A stretch of DNA of 50,324 nucleotides. Source: Flavobacteriaceae bacterium (GTDB taxonomy: Bacteria; Bacteroidota; Bacteroidia; Flavobacteriales; Flavobacteriaceae). The notes under the pieces were generated by a model that saw only the letters and a list, made by a program, of their open reading frames with translations, searched no databases and was not told the origin of the DNA. The position numbers were made by a program, and so were the translations under genes. Positions 1 through 10,976 of this stretch are shown here, one piece after another; positions within the stretch are counted from its first letter, which is position 1; every line of letters begins with the position of its first letter. Location of the stretch: assembly GCA_947377425.1 (NCBI GenBank), contig CANCFZ010000001.1:1-50324 (forward strand), given 5' to 3'.

Positions 1-119
1 TCTTTGTTCTCTATTTTAATGGAGCTTCCAATATCACTTTTAATGGTTATCAAGCTGAGAACGGTAACGATACATGTCCACAGTAAAGCAAGTAGGAAAT
101 ATGTTTTTTTATTAAGCAC
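1..119 (-). CDS. VanZ-like membrane protein, 5' part (runs off the window)
   Basis: Manual translation from GTG at 119: [40 protein letters not shown]; hydrophobic N-terminus; start overlaps the gcvH stop. A VanZ-family gene after gcvH is the arrangement I recall in Flavobacteriaceae. Confidence 0.6.
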   Translation of the reverse strand, partial: MLNKKTYFLLALLWTCIVTVLSLITIKSDIGSSIKIENK

Positions 120-492
120 CGATTAAATTGCCATAAGCTTCGCTATCTAACAATTCATCCCATTGCGATACATCAGATACTTTTACCTTCACCATCCATC
201 CTGCTCCATAAGGATCAGAGTTTACGGTTTCTGGAGTACGCTCTAAACTGTCATTGAATTCAATGATTTCTCCAGCCATTGGCAAGAATAAATCAGATAC
301 AGTTTTTACAGCTTCTACAGTTCCAAAAACTTCGTCTTTGTCTAAAGTTTGGTCTAATGTTTCTACTTCTACATAAACGATATCACCAAGTTCGCTTTGT
401 GCAAAATCTGTAATTCCGATAGTTGCTACATCGCCATCCATAGAAATCCATTCGTGGTCTTTTGTGTATTTTAAATTAGTTGGTATGTTCAT
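112..492 (-). CDS. gcvH: Glycine cleavage system H protein
   Basis: [23 protein letters not shown], lipoyl-lysine motif [19 protein letters not shown]. Confidence 0.97.
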   Translation of the reverse strand: MNIPTNLKYTKDHEWISMDGDVATIGITDFAQSELGDIVYVEVETLDQTLDKDEVFGTVEAVKTVSDLFLPMAGEIIEFNDSLERTPETVNSDPYGAGWMVKVKVSDVSQWDELLDSEAYGNLIGA

Positions 493-517
493 TTGTTTGT
501 TTGTTTTAAATTCGGGT

Positions 518-525
518 CAAATGTA
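518..525 (-). promoter_or_regulatory. Bacteroidota -7 promoter element upstream of gcvH
   Basis: TACATTTG on the minus strand matches TAnnTTTG, 26 bp before the start codon. Confidence 0.55.
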
Positions 526-569
526 TTGTTTATTCTTAAAATGTTAAAATGATTCTATTGTAATTTTCA

Positions 570-3500
570 TTAATTTCCAAAGTTATATCGCAGTGTAAAT
601 CCACCTCTGATATTGGTTAATGGAAATGATGTTGAAATAACGGCTTTAGAAAATGAATGGTCATAATATAAAATAGCAGTTAGGTTTTTACTGAATGAAT
701 AATCCGCAGTTAACTTAAACGACCATATATTTTGTCCGCCACCCAATTGATTGTTATTATAATCTAAATAACGAACAATGGTCTTGTTGTTTCTATAAGA
801 AAAATCAATTTTCAGGTTAATATCACTTTTAATAATTCCAGAAGGATTGTCTGCCATTTTAGTTGAGAAAATAACGTCTTTAAATCGGTATCCAGTTCCA
901 ATTACATATTCAATTCCTTTTACTTCGGTAAGCAAATTATTATCAAAACTTAAAGAAAGTGCTCTGTCTTTTTTCATTTCGGCAAGAATTTTAAACGAGC
1001 TCTTAGTTTCAAAATCCAATCTAATTAATGGGTTGAATTGTTCTACTAAATTGACATTTCCAATAATAGTGGCATTATAGAAATTACCATTAAGTGGATT
1101 AATTTCACCAGCATGTTGGTTGTAATCTAAATTAGAACGGAATGCATTAATAGTATAAGATGCTTTGTAAGCATGTTGAATAGAGAAACGTTTGAATTTA
1201 TCTTTAAAGAATTTGTAACGCATCAATCCAGTATACTTAATGTTCCAGTTAGGAATAGGAATATTTCTAAAAATTCCTAAAGAAGAACTTGAAGCATCAG
1301 AACCTGTATAAGCAGCCAAGAAAGCTGGCAACAATACTTCTTGATTGTTCTTGCCATATCCTTTAGGATACCCTTCAGCATTAATATTTAATGGGTCGTT
1401 AATATCAATTCCTCTTTGGGTAGCTAATCTATTGGCAACAATAAGTCGGTTATTTCTAAATTCATCAAAAGCTACCGAACCAAATTCGTCACTACTCTTG
1501 AAAGCTGTTTTAATTAAAACAGTAGAAATGGCAAAGTTTCCGGTGTTATAAGGTGATCTTGAATTATACTGTCCATTAGTTACATCATATTGCTCTGAGT
1601 AATTATCGGCATAGGTTCTGTTAGCACTCAAATCAATCTTAAAGTCAGGGAATACATCCATATTAGCAGTAAAATCTAAAGCTCTTGTAAGAACATGAGT
1701 ATAGTTTTGATTGAAGTTTGGATAGTTAGTCAACCAACCATTCTTAGCCGCTTCAAAACGAATATCATCTTGAGCTCCAAAGGCAAATCCTAAAGATGGT
1801 TTCGCCGTTCCAAAGAAACCAACACCTGGAATAAATCCTGGCAAAGCCGTTCCTTGATTTTCAGAATAATTTATCTGAATGTTTTTTACGCTTGTAATTA
1901 TACCTATTAAACCATCCACAAAAATATTAGAGTCTTTAGTTGGCACTGCTTTTACAGCACTCAACTTTTCTCCTGGTTTTGGTGGTCCAACTGGAGCAAC
2001 TTTAGCTGGTTTCTTTTGTTTAGAAAGTCCAATATACTTGTAAAAAGTTTCCATATTGAACGCTGAATTCAATTTATGAGAACCCGAATTTTGAATAGTA
2101 CTACCTAGGTTATATTCAATACCCGAATCAATTACTGATGACATTGCTAATGATGAATGTTGCCAACTATAATTTCCGGTATAGGTATAAGTTGATTTTA
2201 CAAAACTCAAAAATGGAAGTTTGGCAAGAGGCAACTCATAATTAAGAGTAATTTGTTGGTTGTGTTGATTTGGAGTACCAATATTCCAATAATCCGTCCA
2301 AACCGTATAGGAGTTATCAGGCGTATTGTCTTCTTTCATATAGTTTCTTACAATATTGTTGGATGTAGCAGTAAAATTAAGCTTCAATGCTTTTGTAAGA
2401 TTATAATTAAATCCATATTGATAATTAAACAAGAAGTTTCTTTGATACAAAGCTTCCAATCCGATACCCTCAACATCAACCAATCTAAACTGTTGTCTGT
2501 TGAATTGTCTTGTAATATTCGAGCTGAAAGAAACATTAGTTGGCACATAGTTAAAGTTAAAATCACTCAACATTTTCCAATAACTACTTTTCTTAAATAC
2601 TTTTACTTGTTTAAGTGGTTCAACCGGTTTTGGTTGAAAAGCAAAAGTATAATCGGCAGTAGTGCTAACTTTTTGGTCAACATAATTTTCTAATTCATAA
2701 GTATGTCTTTCCACTTGATTGAAAGTATAAGACAATGTTAGATTTTCTGGATCATAAAAATGTGGCTTTTGTTTTTCGCCGCGTTCCTTTTTAATACCAA
2801 TAAAGTTGATACTTTTTCTTTTGGTATAATCTATGGCTCTGTCTTTTAAATTTTTCTTAGCTGCAGCATCAGTTGTTACATCAATCAATTGTTTCAACTC
2901 AATATCTTGATTGAATGGATCGTATTTTGGTGTAATAAACTCTTCTCCGATAGAATAATTAAAAGGCAAATTAACATGATAGGTTTTAGGCAATAATTTA
3001 CCCAAACTCATGTTGGTAACAATGTTATACTGCAACACATCTTCTTTGCTGCGTTCATTTGGCCCTTGCTCTAAAGCTCCAAATCCTATAGTACTCATTT
3101 TACCTGTTGCAGAGACATTGGCAAAATCAGCTAGATTGGCATCCATACTACCCACGGCTGCCATACCACCTTTATTATCCATTTGAGCCAAACGAAGTTC
3201 GTTGAACCAAACTTCACCTTTAACACGTCTCGGGTTTAATGGATGTTGCGCTGTATTTAATTTGTTAGTATTATTTTTAACTCCAAGCATTAACATTCTA
3301 ACCAGTCCAAAGTTAGGATTTCCTCGAATACCCAAACGTAAATTAGGATCACCATCACCATCAGGTAAGCTAGTGTCATCATCTGGATAATAAATTTGAC
3401 CCGCTGCTGTATAAACATGAGTCATAGCAAGAATTTTCATTCGGGTTAAAAGCTCTAGTGAAATATCCAACATGTTGGCTTCTGGCCAAACACCTTCTCT

Positions 3501-6500
3501 TGAATTATCTCCAAACTGAGTTTTCTTTAAAGGTTTTTCAACTTGATAAAAGTTATCGGTAAAGTCACCACCAAAACGTACATATCCAGATATTTCATCA
3601 TCTTCAATTGAATTTGGATTGGTTGGAATTGCTTCAGCGTGCATGAACATTTTCAATCTTTTGTACTGACGCATATCAACACTAATATTTTTAAACACGG
3701 CTCTTGAATCGGCTGGTTCTAAACCATTATCTATTGTGCTTCCTATTTTTATTGATAACGATTGCTCGTTTTGAGGAATTAATGTGTTGTTATTATACAA
3801 TTGTTCTAACTCAACTCCTGGAGGCATCACATAATTAATAGGAGATCTTGTTCCATTTTCTTGAACGTTTACCGCTGCTGAATCATAATCGGTATCATCA
3901 TCTGTAGTATCTGTATCCGCTGGATCTAATGTGTTTTCATATTTTCTCCAATCACCACGTACCAAATCTAAGGCTCCAAAACGAAGTGTCATTTGGTCAC
4001 TAAATTTAGTCATGAACATTCTCATAAATCTAATAGAACGAAAATCGGAAATACTTCCAATAATATTTCTTGGTTGATTGATTGGAATTTTAAACTGAAT
4101 CCATTTAGCATGTCTTGTTTCTCCATTAGCAAGAGAAACTTGAGTTAACTGAATATTAGTAATGTAATTTTGTCCAACATTAAATTTTGTTTCATCAATA
4201 TCAACAGCATATTCATAATAAGCATTGATAGTACTCATGGTGTTATCTCTATTAATATCTTCAACATCAGGAACCGTAGTAGAACCTCTATTGGTATCAG
4301 TTACAGTTACAGGCGAGTTACCTTCGGTACCATTATAATATTTATATCTGTCAAAAACAGTTCCTGTTGTATTCAAGAAGTATTTATAATTATCTTCGGC
4401 AGGATCAGGAAAGGCTGCAAAAGCTGGAAACTTAGCCGCTTCTTGTCCGTCATTTAACCCATTATATCCTATATCTTGAGAAGTTCTATTGTCTTGATTA
4501 GAATCGAAAGCATAAATTAAAGATTGTGAAGCAGGGACATCTCCCCAAATTGGTTGTGGATTGACCACTACTTGATTATTTCCAACCCCATTTTCATAGA
4601 ATTTTCTACCATCTTGAAGAACATCCTCCGATATTTCACCTAAATTGAAATATACTTTTCCTTTATTGGTTGCAGATGGTGCAGCTCCAACTCCAGCAGG
4701 ACTATCAGGATCATAGAAAGGATCCATCATCCAAAACTGGATGTATTCAATATTGGATTGTTCAAAATTAGTCGAGTTTAATGCACGAACTATACCACCA
4801 AAATTATCTTGAGGATTAGGAATAGTGTTATCCGAAGCTGTTGCAGGATTGAAATTGTATGGACCACGTTCTTTTGGGAAAAACGTCAAATCTAACGTAT
4901 TAACGACTTGAGATTGTCCAGAAGCTATTACTGTTGCAGGATATAACTCCGAGCTATAAATTCTTCTGGTGCTATTGAACGACAAATCTTCGTCGGAAAT
5001 TCCGGATGGTCTTTGTGTATAAAAAATTGGATCAATACTATACCACGACAATTTGGCTCTTTTATAACCATAATCTAATGTCATTGCATTCCCTCCAAAA
5101 TCATTGTATTCTGTTGGAAAACCAAGAGTTGGCTTAATTGGCGTTGCTGATAAAAACCATGAATAAGGAGATTTTACATCGATATTGGTTTGAGAACCTT
5201 CAAAATCTTCTACATAAACGGTTGATTCACCATTGAATCTATCGGCTTTTGGAGTTCCCGGTTTTAGATAAGCAACTTCACCTCTAAAAGAAACATTAGA
5301 AGGAACATCGGTATCAATATTAGGAAGTTTATTTACCAATCGAGTTAAAAAAGGAACTTCAGAAGAGAAACTGGTATTTAAACCATAAATAGTATTGTTT
5401 ACAGATTCTTGACCATAGTTGGTTTTCTGAGTAAATGGACGTTCCGCCATTCTTAAATAAGTGGCTCCAACAAGGAATTTATCAGAGAATTTATGTTCTA
5501 CATTAATTCCATAAAAACGCTTGGTTTGTCTTCCAAAAGTAGAGTTGTTTTCAACCGAAACTTGAATTGGTGTATTAGAAGCCGTTAAAGCTGGATCAAG
5601 AATTTGAACTCTACCTGCTTGATAATTTACGGTATAATCTACACCTTCAACCAATTTTCTACCTCCAGCAGTAACTACTACCGAACCTTTTGGTACATTA
5701 AAAGCACCAATAGGAATTCCATCACCACCCGACGATTTGAATTTTCCTTTCAATTGGAATTTATTCTTTTGGCTGTCTTGTAATGCTTTTGCTTGTGTGC
5801 TTCTATACAACTCACGGAAGACATATTTAGACTGGTTAGGGTTGAATGTATTGGTTATCGGTGTTGGTTGCGTTGAATAATAATCTTCATAATAATTTTC
5901 AGTTGCATTGGTTCTTAATTTTTCAAACAAATACTTTCCAAATGGTTCAACAGAAGTAAAGATAATTCTACCATTTTGTTGATCAACAGTCATCCCTGGA
6001 ATAAAATCGAAGAAACCATCACCACCAGTTTGTGGGTCATTGTTATAATTCAATCTGTCTAATCCAAAAACTTTCATCAAAGGCGTATCGGCAACATCTG
6101 TTGGAAGTGGTGATGTTGTGGTAGCGGGTGTAATATAGTTTAACGGAGATGGATCGGTATATAAGATATTGAATTTAAAATCTTCTTTCTGCAATTGAAA
6201 ACCACTCGGAATTTGATAGATGTTTTTCATCATCAATCCCCAAATTGGTTTTTGAACATTGGTCAAACTACTTTTAAGCATTTTTAAAACCAACGATTGC
6301 GAAGTAGGAATTCCAGTAGCACTAACTTGAGTTGCCTCAACACCGTCTGTTCCAAACTCTCCAACTTGATAGACTTGATCGCCAATTGTATATTGATAAG
6401 CTACCGCTAAAACCTCGTCATTGGCTAATCGTTGTTGCAACGACACATATCCTAATTGCGTATTATAAGTAAACTCGTTCGGAAGTAATTTTCGGGCATT

Positions 6501-7913
6501 TTCAAGCTTCCCATAATCGGTTCCTTCATTAACAGGAACCGTATTATTAAACCCAATATTTGAAGTAACAATCGCTCTAATATTAGTATTCAACAACCCC
6601 GGATAATTAGGATTTGGTGGTGTTGCTGGTATTATTAAACCTGGATCGTATCTATTATTACTATTATTTGGTGGTGTATCTTTAGGAACTAAAAAGAAAT
6701 CATTGGGCAAACCAACATTAAGATCCCCAGCTGCAATTGCAACCACTTTATCATAATCTAGTTCACTAGATGTTGACAAATCAGTTAAACGCGATTCTCC
6801 TAAATCTTGAAGTGCTATAATATTTCTTAAATTATTACTAGTTGTACTTACACGATTTTGTTTATTGGTAATCCAAACCTCAACACGGGTAATTTGAACT
6901 CTACTATCAATTAACGGATAATTTCTTAAAGCATAATCGTATCTATTTTTGAAATATTGCGATAAGAAAAAGTGCCTGTCGGCATCATATTCTTGGGCAA
7001 ACATTTCAAAGTTTTGAACCGTTCCGCCACCTTGAGCAGTAACCGTTTTGGTTTGTGATTTTTGTTCTGCAAAAACTGCATTAACTGTAGTTTTTCCAAA
7101 TTGTAATTGTGTTTTAACACCAAACAAACTTTGTGCACCTCTTATTAATGAGCTATTAAGTGGCATGCTCACATTTCCAACTTCAATTTTTTTGATAATC
7201 GAATCGTCATTTCCAGAGGCCGTTGGGTCAAACGAAAGTTTTATAAGGTTTTGAAATGCAAAAGTAGATTGGGTATCATAATTGGCATTTACATTCAATC
7301 GAGTACCTACTTTTCCCATCAAACTCATGCTGATTCTTTGATTGAAATCAAAAGTGGTAGTAGATCTATTTCTTGGAGAAAATGATGGATTATCTTGTTT
7401 GGTATGTCTAAATCCTAAATCAATTTCGGCTGAACCTGTTGGTTTTACATCAATAGTATTGGATCCAAATATAGCTTCAAAGAAACTTGAATTGACATAA
7501 TATCTTGGAAGCAAATTTTTCTTTTTATCTAAACTGGCTGCTTTTTTACCATCAATGGCATCCGATTTGTCTTTGAAATAATTGTGCATCGATTCTTTAA
7601 GAACCAATCGTTCATATTCTTTTGGAGTAAGAATAATTGGATAATTAATATTAAATCCTTCAAATGTTTTGGTAAGAATATAGCGATCGGTTGCAGGATC
7701 ATAAGTATAGGCCTCAACAATGCTTTTTGGATTGTCAATTTTAATACTTCCGGTATTATATCCTGTAGAATCTGGTGTTTGAACCGGCGTTGTTGTTGGT
7801 GTAGGAGTTGGTGTAACTTGCGCAACAGACACTTGACCGACTAACATCATTAGTAAAATGAAGGTTAGTTTCTGCACCACTTTTGTGTATTTATTGTAAT
7901 GTGTTTCCAACAA
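570..7913 (-). CDS. sprA: Type IX secretion system outer-membrane translocon SprA (Sov family)
   Basis: About 2440 aa; IKKIEVGNVSMPLNSSLIRGAQSLFGVK, FEQSNIEYIQFWMMDPF, SIRFMRMF, VWFNELRL, C-terminal LRYNFGN; lies between ruvA and gcvH. True start may be GTG at 7880 or 7877, just before the signal peptide. Confidence 0.95.
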   Translation of the reverse strand: MLETHYNKYTKVVQKLTFILLMMLVGQVSVAQVTPTPTPTTTPVQTPDSTGYNTGSIKIDNPKSIVEAYTYDPATDRYILTKTFEGFNINYPIILTPKEYERLVLKESMHNYFKDKSDAIDGKKAASLDKKKNLLPRYYVNSSFFEAIFGSNTIDVKPTGSAEIDLGFRHTKQDNPSFSPRNRSTTTFDFNQRISMSLMGKVGTRLNVNANYDTQSTFAFQNLIKLSFDPTASGNDDSIIKKIEVGNVSMPLNSSLIRGAQSLFGVKTQLQFGKTTVNAVFAEQKSQTKTVTAQGGGTVQNFEMFAQEYDADRHFFLSQYFKNRYDYALRNYPLIDSRVQITRVEVWITNKQNRVSTTSNNLRNIIALQDLGESRLTDLSTSSELDYDKVVAIAAGDLNVGLPNDFFLVPKDTPPNNSNNRYDPGLIIPATPPNPNYPGLLNTNIRAIVTSNIGFNNTVPVNEGTDYGKLENARKLLPNEFTYNTQLGYVSLQQRLANDEVLAVAYQYTIGDQVYQVGEFGTDGVEATQVSATGIPTSQSLVLKMLKSSLTNVQKPIWGLMMKNIYQIPSGFQLQKEDFKFNILYTDPSPLNYITPATTTSPLPTDVADTPLMKVFGLDRLNYNNDPQTGGDGFFDFIPGMTVDQQNGRIIFTSVEPFGKYLFEKLRTNATENYYEDYYSTQPTPITNTFNPNQSKYVFRELYRSTQAKALQDSQKNKFQLKGKFKSSGGDGIPIGAFNVPKGSVVVTAGGRKLVEGVDYTVNYQAGRVQILDPALTASNTPIQVSVENNSTFGRQTKRFYGINVEHKFSDKFLVGATYLRMAERPFTQKTNYGQESVNNTIYGLNTSFSSEVPFLTRLVNKLPNIDTDVPSNVSFRGEVAYLKPGTPKADRFNGESTVYVEDFEGSQTNIDVKSPYSWFLSATPIKPTLGFPTEYNDFGGNAMTLDYGYKRAKLSWYSIDPIFYTQRPSGISDEDLSFNSTRRIYSSELYPATVIASGQSQVVNTLDLTFFPKERGPYNFNPATASDNTIPNPQDNFGGIVRALNSTNFEQSNIEYIQFWMMDPFYDPDSPAGVGAAPSATNKGKVYFNLGEISEDVLQDGRKFYENGVGNNQVVVNPQPIWGDVPASQSLIYAFDSNQDNRTSQDIGYNGLNDGQEAAKFPAFAAFPDPAEDNYKYFLNTTGTVFDRYKYYNGTEGNSPVTVTDTNRGSTTVPDVEDINRDNTMSTINAYYEYAVDIDETKFNVGQNYITNIQLTQVSLANGETRHAKWIQFKIPINQPRNIIGSISDFRSIRFMRMFMTKFSDQMTLRFGALDLVRGDWRKYENTLDPADTDTTDDDTDYDSAAVNVQENGTRSPINYVMPPGVELEQLYNNNTLIPQNEQSLSIKIGSTIDNGLEPADSRAVFKNISVDMRQYKRLKMFMHAEAIPTNPNSIEDDEISGYVRFGGDFTDNFYQVEKPLKKTQFGDNSREGVWPEANMLDISLELLTRMKILAMTHVYTAAGQIYYPDDDTSLPDGDGDPNLRLGIRGNPNFGLVRMLMLGVKNNTNKLNTAQHPLNPRRVKGEVWFNELRLAQMDNKGGMAAVGSMDANLADFANVSATGKMSTIGFGALEQGPNERSKEDVLQYNIVTNMSLGKLLPKTYHVNLPFNYSIGEEFITPKYDPFNQDIELKQLIDVTTDAAAKKNLKDRAIDYTKRKSINFIGIKKERGEKQKPHFYDPENLTLSYTFNQVERHTYELENYVDQKVSTTADYTFAFQPKPVEPLKQVKVFKKSSYWKMLSDFNFNYVPTNVSFSSNITRQFNRQQFRLVDVEGIGLEALYQRNFLFNYQYGFNYNLTKALKLNFTATSNNIVRNYMKEDNTPDNSYTVWTDYWNIGTPNQHNQQITLNYELPLAKLPFLSFVKSTYTYTGNYSWQHSSLAMSSVIDSGIEYNLGSTIQNSGSHKLNSAFNMETFYKYIGLSKQKKPAKVAPVGPPKPGEKLSAVKAVPTKDSNIFVDGLIGIITSVKNIQINYSENQGTALPGFIPGVGFFGTAKPSLGFAFGAQDDIRFEAAKNGWLTNYPNFNQNYTHVLTRALDFTANMDVFPDFKIDLSANRTYADNYSEQYDVTNGQYNSRSPYNTGNFAISTVLIKTAFKSSDEFGSVAFDEFRNNRLIVANRLATQRGIDINDPLNINAEGYPKGYGKNNQEVLLPAFLAAYTGSDASSSSLGIFRNIPIPNWNIKYTGLMRYKFFKDKFKRFSIQHAYKASYTINAFRSNLDYNQHAGEINPLNGNFYNATIIGNVNLVEQFNPLIRLDFETKSSFKILAEMKKDRALSLSFDNNLLTEVKGIEYVIGTGYRFKDVIFSTKMADNPSGIIKSDINLKIDFSYRNNKTIVRYLDYNNNQLGGGQNIWSFKLTADYSFSKNLTAILYYDHSFSKAVISTSFPLTNIRGGFTLRYNFGN

Positions 7914-8495
7914 TTATAAATTTTTTAATGCTTGTTTAATAATTATTTCAACGGTGGCATCCGGATTTTGACTTATCACTTTATCTACTATTTTTTCGGA
8001 AGTTTTTCTAACAAAACCTAAAACCTCCAAAGCAGATAACGCTTCATCTCGATTTGTATTGTTTTGAGTAAGCGAAATTTCGTCTAAATCGTAAATTTTT
8101 AACACTTTATCCTTCAAATCAAGGATTGCTCGTTGGGCAGTTTTACTTCCAATTCCTTTGATAGACTGAATTGTTCCTACATCACCACTAGCCAAAGCTT
8201 GAATGATTTGTTTGGGTTCTATTGATGACAACATCGTTCTTGCAATTCCTGCTCCAATACCAGAAACGGTCAATAGCATTTTAAAAATTTCTTTTTCCGA
8301 TTTTTCTACAAATCCATACAACGAATGAGAATCTTCTTTGATTATCAAGTGGGTAAACAATTTTATAAAATCGGTTTTAGGCAATAACGAATAGGTATGC
8401 AAAGAAATATTAATATGATAACCAACACCATTGCAGTCTATTACAACTTCTGTTGGTGTTTTTTCAACTAATTTTCCTTGAATGTGTGCTATCAT
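7914..8495 (-). CDS. ruvA: Holliday junction branch migration protein RuvA
   Basis: MIAHIQGKL, VIDCNGVGY, LYGF, helix-hairpin-helix motifs VSGIG and IKGIGSKTAQR, EALSALEVLGF. Confidence 0.97.
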   Translation of the reverse strand: MIAHIQGKLVEKTPTEVVIDCNGVGYHINISLHTYSLLPKTDFIKLFTHLIIKEDSHSLYGFVEKSEKEIFKMLLTVSGIGAGIARTMLSSIEPKQIIQALASGDVGTIQSIKGIGSKTAQRAILDLKDKVLKIYDLDEISLTQNNTNRDEALSALEVLGFVRKTSEKIVDKVISQNPDATVEIIIKQALKNL

Positions 8496-8514
8496 AATTT
8501 AACCTATGTAATTC

Positions 8515-8522
8515 CAAATATA
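8515..8522 (-). promoter_or_regulatory. -7 promoter element upstream of ruvA-sprA
   Basis: TATATTTG on the minus strand, 20 bp before the ruvA start. Confidence 0.55.
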
Positions 8523-8562
8523 ACAAAAATCTTTAATTAGCATAACTATTGCCGATTTAATG

Positions 8563-10860
8563 CTACTTTTTTACGTCAAAATTCTTAATTCGTTTCGATT
8601 TTTCTTGTGCATCGACCACAGCAACAGCAGCCATATTTACCATTTCTTCAACGCTTGCTCCTAGTTGAAAAATGTGAACTGGTTTGTCCATTCCGAGCAT
8701 GATTGGTCCAATTGAATCTACTTTGTACAATTCTTTCAATAGCTTGTAGGTTATATTTGCCGATTCTAAATTTGGAAAAATTAAGGTATTTACTTTTTTT
8801 CCTGCCAATTTAGAAAACGGAAATTTGGCTTTGAGCATTTCTGGATTTAAAGCAAAATCTGCTTGAATTTCACCATCAACAATCAAATCAGGATAATAAT
8901 GATGTAAGTAAGCTACTGCTTCACGAACTTTATTGGCGCTTTCATGTGATGAAGATCCAAAATTAGAAAATGAAACCATTGCAATTACAGGCTCCATTCC
9001 AAACATACGAACTGTTTTTTCGGTCATCAAAGCAATTTTTGCTAAATCATCTGCTGATGGATCAGGATTTATTGCAGTATCTGACAAAAACATTGGTCCG
9101 CGATTGGTCATCATCATGTTAGTAGTTGCAATTAATGAAATTCCTGGTGCTTTACCAATCAACTGCATTAAAGGCTTTACAACCGTTGGATAACTCCTAG
9201 AATAACCCGACAACATTGCATCTGCATCACCTTGATTGACCATCATTGCGGCAAAATAATTGCGTTCGCGCATCCATTTTTGAGCATCAAGCAACGATAT
9301 TCCTCTTCGGTTTCTTTCTTTCCAATAGATATCGGCGTATTCTAGCCTGCGTTTGTCTTCTTCTTTGGTTTTTGGATCAAAAATTGGCACATCGGCATCA
9401 AAACCAATTTCTTCTTTTAGTTCCAAAATATCTTCTTTTCGTCCTAACAAAATTGGATAACCAATACCTTCTTCATAAACAATTTGAGCTGCTTTAAGTA
9501 CATCCAATTGATCAGCTTCTGCAAAAACAATACGTTTTGGATCGGTTTTAGCACGATTGGTTAATAATCTAACCATTTTGTTATCAGAACCCATTCGTTC
9601 TAATAATTCTTCTTCATATTTTTCCCAATCGGTTATTGGATGTAAAGCTACGCCACTATCCATTGCTGCTTTTGCAACAGCTGGAGCAACCATAGTTATC
9701 AATCTTGGGTCAAATGGTTTTGGGATTATATAATCTCTACCAAAATTCAATCTGGTTTCACCATAGGCAATATTCACTTGCTCAGGAACAGATTCTTTTG
9801 CTAGTGCAGCCAAAGCTCGAACGGCAGCCATTTTCATAGCTTCGTTGATTTTAGTAGCTCTAACATCTAATGCGCCACGAAAAATATAAGGAAAACCTAA
9901 AACATTATTGACTTGATTAGGATGGTCAGACCGACCAGTTGCCATGATAATATCTTTTCTAGTAGCTATTGCCACATTGTAATCAATCTCTGGAGTAGGA
10001 TTTGCCATAGCAAAAACAATTGGGTCTTTTGCCATACCAAGCAGCATTTGTGAAGTAAGAATATTACCTGCTGAGAGTCCTAAAAAAACATCGGCATTTA
10101 CTAATGCTTCTTGCAAGTTCATTTCTTTTTTGCCAAATGTGTATCTCTTTTGTAATTCAGATAAATCGGTTCTATCACTAGATAAGACACCGTCTTTGTC
10201 AAACATTATAATGTTTTTTGGTTGAACACCAAGTAAAACATATAAGTTAGCACAAGCTAAAGCAGCCGAACCAGCACCAGAGACTACTAGTTTTACTTCT
10301 TCTATATTTTTATTTGCTAATTCTAAAGCATTTAACAAAGCGGCAGATGAAATGATTGCTGTTCCGTGTTGGTCATCATGCATTACTGGAATATTCAACT
10401 CTTCTACAAGACGTCTTTCAATTTCAAATGACTCTGGCGCTTTAATATCTTCTAGATTTATTCCTCCAAAAGTGGGAGCAATATTTTTTACAGTAGCAAT
10501 AAATTCTTCAATATCTTTTGTGCCTACTTCAATGTCAAAAACATCAATATCGGCAAAGATTTTGAACAACAATGCCTTTCCTTCCATTACTGGCTTTGAA
10601 GCTTCTGGGCCAATGTCACCGAGTCCTAATACTGCTGTACCATTGGAAATTACAGCAACAAGATTTCCTTTTGAAGTATATTTATAAACGTTGTTTACGT
10701 CTTTTGCAATCTCTAAACAAGGTTCGGCAACACCTGGTGAATACGCCAACGATAAATCTCGTTGTGTAGCATATTTCTTGGTAGGAACAACTTTTATTTT
10801 ACCTGGAGTAGGTTTGGCATGATATAAAAGTGCTTCTCTACGTTTATTGTCTTTGTGCAT
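8563..10860 (-). CDS. maeB: NADP-dependent malic enzyme with C-terminal phosphotransacetylase-like domain
   Basis: LSLAYSPGVA, GTAVLGLG, INLEDIKAPE, HDDQHGTA, ATGRSDHPNQVNNVLGFP; PTA-like VDGEIQAD and LIFPNLESANI. Confidence 0.96.
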   Translation of the reverse strand: MHKDNKRREALLYHAKPTPGKIKVVPTKKYATQRDLSLAYSPGVAEPCLEIAKDVNNVYKYTSKGNLVAVISNGTAVLGLGDIGPEASKPVMEGKALLFKIFADIDVFDIEVGTKDIEEFIATVKNIAPTFGGINLEDIKAPESFEIERRLVEELNIPVMHDDQHGTAIISSAALLNALELANKNIEEVKLVVSGAGSAALACANLYVLLGVQPKNIIMFDKDGVLSSDRTDLSELQKRYTFGKKEMNLQEALVNADVFLGLSAGNILTSQMLLGMAKDPIVFAMANPTPEIDYNVAIATRKDIIMATGRSDHPNQVNNVLGFPYIFRGALDVRATKINEAMKMAAVRALAALAKESVPEQVNIAYGETRLNFGRDYIIPKPFDPRLITMVAPAVAKAAMDSGVALHPITDWEKYEEELLERMGSDNKMVRLLTNRAKTDPKRIVFAEADQLDVLKAAQIVYEEGIGYPILLGRKEDILELKEEIGFDADVPIFDPKTKEEDKRRLEYADIYWKERNRRGISLLDAQKWMRERNYFAAMMVNQGDADAMLSGYSRSYPTVVKPLMQLIGKAPGISLIATTNMMMTNRGPMFLSDTAINPDPSADDLAKIALMTEKTVRMFGMEPVIAMVSFSNFGSSSHESANKVREAVAYLHHYYPDLIVDGEIQADFALNPEMLKAKFPFSKLAGKKVNTLIFPNLESANITYKLLKELYKVDSIGPIMLGMDKPVHIFQLGASVEEMVNMAAVAVVDAQEKSKRIKNFDVKK

Positions 10861-10885
10861 TTTATTTTCTGTTTATTCTGACTTA

Positions 10886-10893
10886 CAAAGGTA
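10886..10893 (-). promoter_or_regulatory. -7 promoter element upstream of maeB
   Basis: TACCTTTG on the minus strand, 26 bp before the start. Confidence 0.55.
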
Positions 10894-10976
10894 GAAGTAT
10901 CAGCCGAAAAAGGAAATTTTTATGCAATTTCTTTTAAAGAAAAGCATAATTTTAATTGATTTGAAACAAGCTTGAG

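Noticed and set aside
7781-7820. Pro/Thr-rich low-complexity stretch in SprA
   Set aside because: Ordinary flexible linker after the signal peptide.
847-7844. Short ORFs overlapping sprA
   Set aside because: Antisense or alternate-frame shadows of a long conserved gene, no motifs.
10921-10947. Imperfect hairpin downstream of the trehalase gene
   Set aside because: Bulged, AT-rich stem; cannot be called a terminator confidently.
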